Below are positions 37,224 to 47,200 of a stretch of 64,000 nucleotides of DNA, one piece after another. Source of the stretch: Monocercomonoides exilis PA203 (taxonomy: Eukaryota; Protista; Preaxostyla); the NCBI GenBank assembly GCA_001643675.2, contig LSRY02000062.1, positions 62,001-126,000 on the forward strand, given 5' to 3'. The position numbers and the translations under genes are program-made. Each line of letters opens with the position of its first letter. Position 1 is the first letter of the stretch. A model generated the notes under the pieces. It saw only the letters and a list, made by a program, of their open reading frames with translations. It did no database searches and was not told the DNA's origin.

Positions 37224-39769
37224 ATGATTGAGCATGTTGAGGTTGACAGTTATCAAAAATAAAAAAAAATCAATTGAGGCGCCCACAATAATTTATGCAG
37301 AACTTCAAAGAGCTCTCCCTTCGGCTGGTGCGCATCTATGCGCGGCTGGAGGCGCAGGCCAGCCACGCGGCCGTTGTGAACAGCGAGCTGCGGGAGTCGC
37401 TGCGCTTCCTGCAGACGGGGCTCGGGAAGGACGAGCATTTCACGGCAATCGAAGCGCCTGCGCAGCCGCAGATGGCGCCGTCGGTGGCGGTGATAACGCG
37501 GTCGCGCCTGGAGAAGGCAAAGATGATTTCTGGGCAGGCGGCGCGGAAGCCGTCTCCGGTGCGCGTGCAGGCGGGGCCGAAGCCCGGAAGCAGTTTTCAG
37601 GGGCTGTCGCAGGCGCAGAACATCCAGCGCTATGTGCGGCATCTGCACCAGCAGCGGTCGAGATGGGCAGCCCAGAGGGAGGTGGGCCAGGGGTGCAAAG
37701 GGAGCGGGGGCGCAGAAGAGGGGCGAAAAGCGAAAATTGCAGCTGGGTCGTTTTCACAGTTCTGCAACACGCTGCACCGGGCGTCGTACATGTGGGAGAC
37801 GACGGAGGAGCGGTGGCCTGCAGGGAGGGCTGCGCAGTCGGGGCTTGGCTCTGGGGGCGAGGAGGGGGCTTGGGAGGAAGAAGAACGCTCAGAGGCAAAG
37901 GCAGAGGCGCCGCTGTTTCCGCTTGCCCCGCTGGCAGGGTCGAAGGCGGTGCTGGAGCAGAAGGCAGCGCTGCAGCCGCTTGTGCACAACGTTGCGTCGA
38001 CGCGGCCGCTGGGGCATGGGGCGCTGCGCTTTCTGCCCCCGCACATGCAGATGTCGATTCTGTCGGAGAGTGTGTATCAGTCGCTTTATTCGATCACGCC
38101 GCTTGTGGCGAAGGCTGCATCGCTGGGGAGCGCGCCTGTCCCCGTCAGCAGCGCGTCTGACCGGGTGCTGTCGCTGTTTGCAGAAAAGACGCCGGGGGCA
38201 GTGCGACTTCTGGAGCAGCTGCTGAAGCAGTGCATTCCGCTGCTGCAGCGAGGGATGGGGATCACAGCGCTTGTGTACAGCCTGTTTGAGATGGGCAGAG
38301 AGAAGGGAGGGGCACTCGGTTCTGGATCTCACAGCGCAAAAGGCGGGGTGGGGAAAGAGAGTGTGCGTGGGTGCAACAGCAGTGAGGGCTTGGAGGTTGG
38401 GGCAAAGAGGAAGGGGGAAGAGGCAGAGGCAGAGGCCGAGGCATCGAGCACAAGAGAGAAAGGCAGACGCGGAGCATCAACAATTGCAGGAAGGCAGTCT
38501 CTGTCATCTCTTTTGTCTCAACCGTCTCCATCTCCATCTCCATCTCCATCTCCTAAAGCATCGGGAATGGCTGGCGCAGTGCCAATCCATGGGATGGCGT
38601 TGCCGAGGAGCAGCAGCGCTGGGAGGAGCGGCAGGGCAGCTGGCGGGGCAAAGCAGGGAGCAGGGCGGAGCACGAGCAAGGACAGGGCTGTTTCGCTGAT
38701 TGCGCAAATACAGAAAGCTGCATCGCCGAGTGCAGCGTCGCTCGCTGGCTCTTTGCCGTCTGGCTCGGCTTCGGGTGGGTTGGGGGATCGGCGGGGTGCA
38801 GCAGAGAAGAAGACGGCGAAGCAGCGGGAGGCAGCAGAGAGGAGCAGAGGCGTCGTGGTGGAGCATGCGATGCTGTGGGTGAGCGAGAGGGAGTGGGAGG
38901 AGTGTGGCTGTGCAGTCGAGGAGAAGGAAGGGGGTGCAGGCAGCAAAAGCGGAATGGGAGGGGCAAGCGAGAGGGCAGGCCCTTCTTCAGGAAGCGGGCT
39001 TCTGGCGCGGAAGGAGATGAGTGCGATGGTTGGGGTGGTGAGGGATGCTTTGTTGCCTTTGTTTGTGCCAGTGCCACCTTCCCATCGCCCAGCCGCGTGG
39101 CATGCGCAGAGGATGTCGCTGGCGCTGTCTTCGGCCACGCTGGTGCATTCGTATCAGGCGGTGCTGGTGAAGACAGGGCTGTGCCTGTCTCTTTTCTCGT
39201 CGCTGTCTCCTCTGCTGGATTCTGTGCTGAAGCCTCGGCAGCTGGCGAGCGGGGCATCAGCCTCCTCTTGCAGCTCGGCTGCCTCTCTGCCGCCGCTTGC
39301 AGAGCACCAGGCGTGGAGCCTTCCTCTTCTGCGATTTCTGGCGACAATCATCACGAACAGAAACGAGACGATGGCATCTGTCCTTTCGAGGCCCTATCAG
39401 CGCGAATGGGACGAGACAGGCGCCTTTCGCGGTGAAGCAGCACAGGGCGATGGAGAAGAGGACGAAGAGTGCATGGGGAAAGAGGGAAGTGCCATTCAGA
39501 TGCAATACAGCAGCAGTGGTGGTGGCGGTGGTGGAATGAAATATGGAGGCAATGAGAGTTATAGGACTTCATATGAAGAAGAAGAGGAGGAGGATGAGGA
39601 GGAGGATGAGGAGGATGAGGAGGATGAGGAAGAAGATGGTGATGATAATGATTGCGATGAACATGGGCAATTCACATCTTTTGGTGAAAGCAGCGAGATT
39701 GGAGATTCGAGAAGTGGGGAAGGCCAGCCAAATGAAAAAGAGTGGAATGATTCGGGTGAATACACTTGA
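37224..39769 (+). CDS. Hypothetical protein (~830 aa, Ala/Ser/Gly-rich, acidic tail); short first exon plus 59-nt intron 37242-37300
   Basis: 824-aa ORF 37295..39769; upstream ATGATTGAGCATGTTGAG|GT...ATGCAG| splices in frame; no domain recognised. Confidence 0.7.
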
Positions 39770-40275
39770 AGAAGATGAGCCAAGTTGAGTCTGTTTCTGT
39801 TTGTGTCCATCTCTCCATCTTTCGAAGCATGCACTCATCCCCTGAAGATTTGATTTGGAGGATGCAATGTGCATTGAAGCATTGAATTAATGAATAAATA
39901 TTTATTGTGATTCCACTTATCGATAATATTTGTGCTTAACCTTTGCTATGAGTCCAAGCACGACGAAAGCACATCAATTTCTCTTTGTTCTTTATTTCTT
40001 CGTATAAATTTTCTTAATATGAAAAAGAAAATGAATGTTAATTGTGAAATGTTGAATATAATTATTTTTTCTTTGGAAGATGAAATTTCATGCAAGTTAA
40101 TTATAACGTTCTTTGTATGGTTCATCCTCCAGAGATATTATCCTTTACAAAAGAGAAAATCAATAACCTTCCATTTTCTGAAAAACATTCACGTCGATAC
40201 ATGCCACTTCATGCCAAATACAAAGAACGATGAAGATACTAATATCATTGTTCTGATGATAAGTGAGAATCATCA

Positions 40276-40925
40276 GTGCCCACTTTTTTATTTACACTTT
40301 TTTCATCATTTGCAGAAAAATTTTTAGAAAAAAAAAATTGATAAACTCAATAAAACTTTCAAAAGATGAATCAATCACTCTTTATACCTTTCATTCTCTG
40401 CTATCGTGATCAAATTGTTGTATCCTTCAGAATTTTCGTTGTCATCTTCATATGTTTTTTTCAAAAGAATTATCTCCATTTTTGGGAGATGCAATTCAAC
40501 TATTTCCACTTCCAATTTTTTTTTATTCTTGTTACTTTGATTTTCATTTCATGAGTTTCATAACAGCGTATCACTTATCTTGAAGCTGTTCATCTGTTTA
40601 TTCTTTTCGAAAAAATCGAAATGATGAAAATGAGGAGATGAATATCGAAAAGATGCAGTGGAAGTACAACAGTTTTGATCTGAATAACAGTTGAAATTTC
40701 TTTTTTTTTAACAAAAGCCTTTTTCTTTTCGGAAGGCATTAATGGTGTGTGAAGAGCTTGTGGCAACACATCTGAGAGTGGTGAATTTTTCTTTAAGTTG
40801 ATGTTATTCTTTTCAGAGTTCTGGTTAGATGTCAATGTTTTCGTTATGATTGTATTGTGTGAATGCTTTCCATGGACTAAACGAACAAATTCAATGTCTT
40901 TCTCCCTGCACCTCAAAAAATGTTG
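40276..40925 (-). mobile_element. Decayed relic (3' end and TIR) of a pogo element related to 17919..20196
   Basis: REKDIEFVRLVHGKHSH ~ KESEIDVITFVPHPTH and LSDVLPQALHTPLMPSEKKKAFVK ~ PSDVLSQVIHATFTPSVIKKAFVN; 40276-40385 aligns loosely with the pogo terminus 17919-18030. Confidence 0.7.
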
Positions 40926-41224
40926 AAACTGTTTGAAATGCAAATCCTCCTCAAAAACAAAAAGCAAAAAGTGAAATAAAAAGATAAAAAGAAAACAAAA
41001 GAGAAAACAGAAGCTTTTCATCTTATTCCATTGCAGCACACTCAACAACCAAAAACAGGTGAAAGGCATCTGACTCTCTCAATGAAAGAGCCAATGCCCC
41101 ACAAAAACAAGCAAACAAAAAACATTCAAAGCTCAAATGCTTCTGTTTTCTTCTCTTCCCATCCAATCCCAAATGGTATCTTCACAAGCCCCACAAACAC
41201 AAACACCAACCCCTCAAACACTTT

Positions 41225-44200
41225 TCATCTCTCGCTCATCAAGCTCCAACTCCCATTCCCACTCCCATTGTTTGTTCCATTTGTGTCTTCCTCAACATCC
41301 ACAGCATCCGACACAGTCATGACTAAACCTCCTGCCGGAAACCGCTGGATAAACTCTCGCTTCAGCCCAGCCAGCGTGGGCCGTTGTTCCGGAACTGCTG
41401 AAAGGCACTGGCCAACCACTGTGCTCAGACTTCCCGTGCTCTTCACATCCTTCCTCGGTCTCTCCCCATTCACAATCTTCTGCCCCGCCACCTCTGCCTC
41501 ATACTCCCCAAACGGGATCTCCAGCGTCAAGCACTCCCACAGCATCATCCCAATCGAGAATGCCACCGACTCCTTCGTTGTTCCCATGTTTTTGTTGATC
41601 AACAATTCTGGCGCCTTCCACCTCAAGCACTCCTTCCTGTTGTCTTCACAATCCTCAAACGCTGATGAGGGAAGGGAGTCATCATCATCATCACTTGCAG
41701 ATGTCACAACTGTTGTTGATGAGATCGATGATGAAGTGTCTGAGTCTGATGAGCAGTCGGAGTGGAGGGCAATGCAGATCACCATGTGTTCTGAGAAAAG
41801 AACAATGTGAGGACTCAGATTGGCCAGTGAAGATAATCCGTTTTCCATCTCATCAAAGGAGTGAAGTGCAAGATTGGCCACCCAGAACAGGATTTGGGCA
41901 GCTGTCTGCTCTCTTTGTTGAAGACTTCCAATCGCCATCTCTTTCTTCTCATTCCTCCCATGAAGCAGCATGAACAGCGAATCCCTCAGATCCACAATCA
42001 GCTTCTCATGAGGAGACGAACAGGCCATTGCATCCACCAGATTAGACATAGATGAAGTGGTTGGGCACAGATCCTCCCCTCGAACAAATGTGGAATCTGA
42101 ATCAGTTGTTGAAGTGGTTGAGGTGGATGAGATGGAAGGTGATGGTGTTCTCTTCCTTATCTCTTCTTCGTCAACCTTTTCCAATGCCCAATCAGGAATC
42201 TTGTCTGAGTCCTTTCCCAAGATGTATTCTGTGGAGCCACTCTCGCTCAAAAGATACTCTTCAGACTCCGAATGCACCATCTCCTTTCCATTCATTCTCT
42301 TCTTGATCCTCTCTTCATTCTTCTTCTCTACCTCCTTCTCTCCTCTCCTCCACTGCTCCTCAGGCGACATCTCCATCGTCACCATCTCAATCAGCTTCGG
42401 ATCCTTCTTCACTGTGTCTTCCACAATCACTTCCAATTCCTCTGCTCTTCTCTTTTGCTTTCTCCATCGAATAATAGATATGATCAATGCTATTAGAAGA
42501 ATTGCCACAATTACAACACACACAATCAACACCCATGTAAATTTTCCTTCTTTCCCACCTTCAACAATTCTATCTTCTCCATCAACCTTGGGCTCACTTT
42601 TATTTTTGACGATGAACGACTCTGTCGATGAAGGAGACTCTGCATTTCCAAAGAGGATGCACACTTTCACTTCTGTCTGCGCTGATGCTCCCGAAACAAC
42701 AGACAACGGAATCTTCCCCACAGCTTCATCCTCGCTCACATGCCCCGCCTCCTCAAATTCGAAACACTCAATTTGCTCAACATCTTCAACAACAACCACA
42801 ACCCTGAACGACAGGTTGCACGGAATAAGGAGTGACCCCACAAATCTCACTCTCGCCTCTGACACATTTTCTGCTTCTGATGATTCTTCCACTCTCACCT
42901 CTCTCAGCGTGGGGATGAAGAACGAAGAGCCTCTGTCTTCTGTGATCCCCTTCACATTGCACCCTTCGTTCAGCATCCACATCGAGCTCCTCGCCCCCAT
43001 CCCGTCTCCGCCCTTCACACTCACCACGTCCACTTCTCCCATCCCGCTGCACAAAATGTTCCTCCGATACGACGGATACTTCTCCATCCCTGCCAATGGC
43101 CTGTTCCCCTCAAACACCCCCTTCTCCACAACAACACTCCCCCCAACCACTCCCATCCCTCCCTCTGCCCCATCCCTCACTGTCGTGTCTCTCACCACCC
43201 CCTTGCTCCCCACCAGCTCCACCAGCGATCCATTCCATCTGCACATCTCATCCCCCTGTGCATTTCCCAAACTCTCTTTGTCCTTTCCCCCTTTCCCCTC
43301 AAACAACGATCCCTCCACCACCAGCTCCCCACTCCCCTCAACACTCATGATCTGCCCCTTCCTTCCAGGTGTTGTGTTGTTGCCAAACGAACAGTTTGCA
43401 ACCACCATCTCCACATCCTCCAATCTCGCCTCAACAGCACATGCCCCCTCTGTGCTTCGCCTGATGTTCCTCACCGAAGAGTGTGCCACTTTCACAGATC
43501 CTCCTTCCTTCACTCCCCTTCCCCTTCCCTCATCATCTTCACCATCATCGCCATCTCCAACACTCACAACAGAGCAGCCTCCACACACAACATCCCAACA
43601 CTCCATTTCTTTCACTGTGACCTTTGCCCCTGTGCCGATCCACATCACCGACTCTCCCACATCCAGCTCCCTCGCCTCAAACCCAACAACTCCCACAACA
43701 CTGCTCTCCTCAAACCGCATCAGTGCCTTTCTCCCACATATCCCCTCCACCCGCGACTCCCTCATCTCAAACCTCCCCGACACCACCTTCACCAGCGTGT
43801 GCTCCACCTCAATCCCCTCTCCCTCTGATGAAAACACTCCCCGCGAAATCGTGCAGCTCCCATTCAGTTGTAGCACAACACACTCATGTGCCGACCGGAA
43901 TCCTCCCCGAAACACCATCCCCATGTTTTCCAGCCACACCCCTTCTGAGCATTCCACAACCCCCTCTGCCAACGGCTCCTGCTCCACCTCCTCCCGAAAC
44001 ACCACCTTCGCTCCTTCTGACCCATGCAGACTCTTCACTGTCACCGAGCATATCTGGCAGTCCTTCCTCAGCCCTGCTTCTCTGTCAATCAGCACCTGGC
44101 TGTACGATGATGCCAGCACATGCGACAGCCCATAGTCCAGCGATCGGCATGGCAGTGTCGAGTTCCCACACGGCTTCGAGTCACTCCCTTCCCCATCTGC

Positions 44201-47200
44201 CCCGCACACGAAGATCAGCTCGCTCCGATACACAACAATCAGCGGAATCAGATCCTCCTCTTTTTCCCCCTCTCCTCCCCAGATCGCATTCTCCCTGTCA
44301 TATCGCGGCTCTCGCAGATCCAGCACAAACTGCCTCTCGCTGATCTGAGACTCAATTTCCCAGCACCGCACATACACATCTCTCCCCACAAGCGCCTTGT
44401 TCTTCCCAAACTCCACATTCCCCAGCACAAACCCCAGCGCTTCCCTCTCTTCCACCGTGCTCCTCAGATACACCCCTCCTCCTTTCCCCTCCACTGCCTC
44501 GCACCCCTCCACCACTGTGTCGTTCATCTCAAACCTCCCATCCACCGCAACTGCCACACACACCCCTCCCCCACAGCTCTTGCTCCCTCCCGAGCACAGC
44601 TCAATCGTCGAGTTCCCAATCCCCACAAACACCCCCTCCGACACTGACGATGACACCACACTCGCCTCATCCTTCCTGTTCCTCACGTTCCTCACTCGGC
44701 ATCCCTCCAGCTCCATCCTCCTCCCATTCCCCTCCTTCCCACTCTCCTCAAACACAAACAACGCACTTTCAGTCACAACATCACACACCTCGCACTTCAC
44801 AATCCCCACATCTCCATCTTCCCCAGCCACCAAGTGGAATCCCACCACACAATCCTTCTTCCCGCTGAACACACACTCCCTCACCTCCACCCACGCCCCT
44901 TCACCACACACACCTATCAGCGCCCTCTGCCCATTCGCAAGCCTTCCAGGAAGTGAGAAATTCACTCTCAAAAACGATGCTCCCTCTGCCGCAAACACCA
45001 TCCCCTTCTCCTTCTCCACCACTTCCTCCACTTCCATCACACTCATCTTATCCTCCCGCTCCGACTCCACCCCAACCATCTTCAGAGTCGTTTCCCTCTC
45101 TGTCCAGCACATCTCTCCAACCACAATCCTCCTCATCCCCTCTCCCCTCACTCGCTCCACCCCATACTCAAACGTCGAGCACCGAAATATCTCCTTCCCA
45201 CACCCAATGTTGTTCACCCCCTCCTTCCCATCCACATATACCACCTCCCCATAATACCCAGTGATGAACACAAACAGATCTTCCCCATCTCCAAAGTGCA
45301 CCCCATCCACCCCAACAAGCGAATTCTTCCGCTCATCTTCTCCAATCTCCTTCGCAAACCCAAACGATGTCTCATTCACCACCTCTGTCAGATCCGCACA
45401 CTTCACAAACATGTCTCGCCCAACCCAGGCATCATTCCCTTCAAACTCCATCTCTTCAAACAACACTCCACTCCCTTCCCCTTGCAACTCAACACACACA
45501 AACCCTCCTTTACCTCTCTCCACTGCTTCGCACGCACATCCCTTCGCTTTTGTCTCCACTCCCACCACTTCAAGCATCCCTCCCTCCCCCAGCACCATCC
45601 CAATCGCGCCTCCCTCTGAGCTCAACTCCGACCTCACCCCTTCAAACAGACATCCATCAGCAACAACCACAACATTCAATCCCACCCTCGAAGACACAAT
45701 GCATGCCTCATTTGTGTCTTCAAGCACAACCCCCCTGAATTGGGTGCCATTCATCTTCACAACAGTCCCAGCCGAATTTCCTCTCCCATTCTCATCACCT
45801 CCCTCTTCTGCTTCCAATCCAAACAGAGCATGCCCTTTCAGCTCCGCATTCACAAACTCGTCTTCCAAAAGCCTTATTTCACTGCTCCCACAAAACTCAA
45901 ATGGCTGCCTCTCAAATCGCATGTCAGTGATCATGCACTCTTCCATCTCCATCATTCCTCCCCCAACCACAACCAGGGCATATGTCAGTCCACCTCCACC
46001 AACACACCCAAAGCTGCAATCTGCCAGCGTCAACATCCCACCCTCTGATCCAGAGGATTCAATCGCACACTTCACAGGAACAGAAAGCGATGGTGGCATC
46101 CGAAACTCCATCCTCGAAAACCCTGCCTCTCCATTGTTCCACACAATGCTCTTGATTCCTTCTCCAATTGTCATTTCCCTGCTCAGTGTGATCTCCGATC
46201 TTCCTTCCTCCTTCACTCCCTCAACTGTGAATCCTGACAGATCATACCAATCGCATATCCTTGCCTTGTCTCGGATCTTCAGCCCTTTCCTCTCTCCCCC
46301 TCTCTTCACATTCTCATATCCTCTCCAGAACGATTCGCACGGATACACTCCATCCCCACACCCAACAACATCCACCCCATCCTCCGATATCTCAATCACC
46401 TCCGAATACCGCTGCTCAAGGAAATACCCCAGATCCACAGGATTTTCGGAAAACAACCCACTGTCAGTCCCTGCCAGATCAACACCCAGACCCTCAGCAT
46501 TCTCAATCTCAAATACCCGCTCACTCGAAACAGACACATTCAGGTCTCCGCACAGAACAAACACATCTCTTCCCCATCTCGCCTGGTTTCCTCCGACTGT
46601 CACATTCCCCACACTGAAGTTGTTCGTGCTGCTTTCATCCACCCCAATAAACACCCCTCCTCCCCTCCCGCCTGTCTCCTCCACCAAGCATCCCTTCACC
46701 TCTGAACTCTTGATCTGAAATGACCCTCTTCCTGCAATCTCAGCAAGCACTCCACCTCCTCTCCCCTCTGCACTCCCGCAACTGCATCCCTCCACTGTGC
46801 AGTTCTCAAACACAACACTCCTCCCTTCACCCACCCTGCTCCCAACAACTGTCCCATGCCCCACTGCTCGGGTCACAGATGAGTATGTTGTGTTCACTGA
46901 TTCAAATGTGCTCCCTGCCTCCACAAACGAGGCATCCCCCATCCCAAACCCGCTGACATCACACATCTGAAGTGTGATCCCTCCTCCAATGGCACACAGA
47001 CGCGTCTTCGAGAATGGCTCCAGCCCCTGACTGTCTTTTCCAGCAAGGATGCACCCGCTCAGCTCAAGCGAGCTCTCCCCATCACTCACAAGAAACAGGC
47101 ATCCTACCCGGTTGCGCTCCCTCAGCCCATCATCCACAATCTTCATATCCATCAGCTTCGCCTCACCCCCACTGATCACAACAAGCGCACTTTCTGCCTC

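Larger units (their letters stand above)
21182..38866. repeat. Right arm of giant inverted repeat
   Basis: Reverse complement of 1-17671. Differences are mostly homopolymer indels, one microsatellite unit and a few substitutions. Confidence 0.97.
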
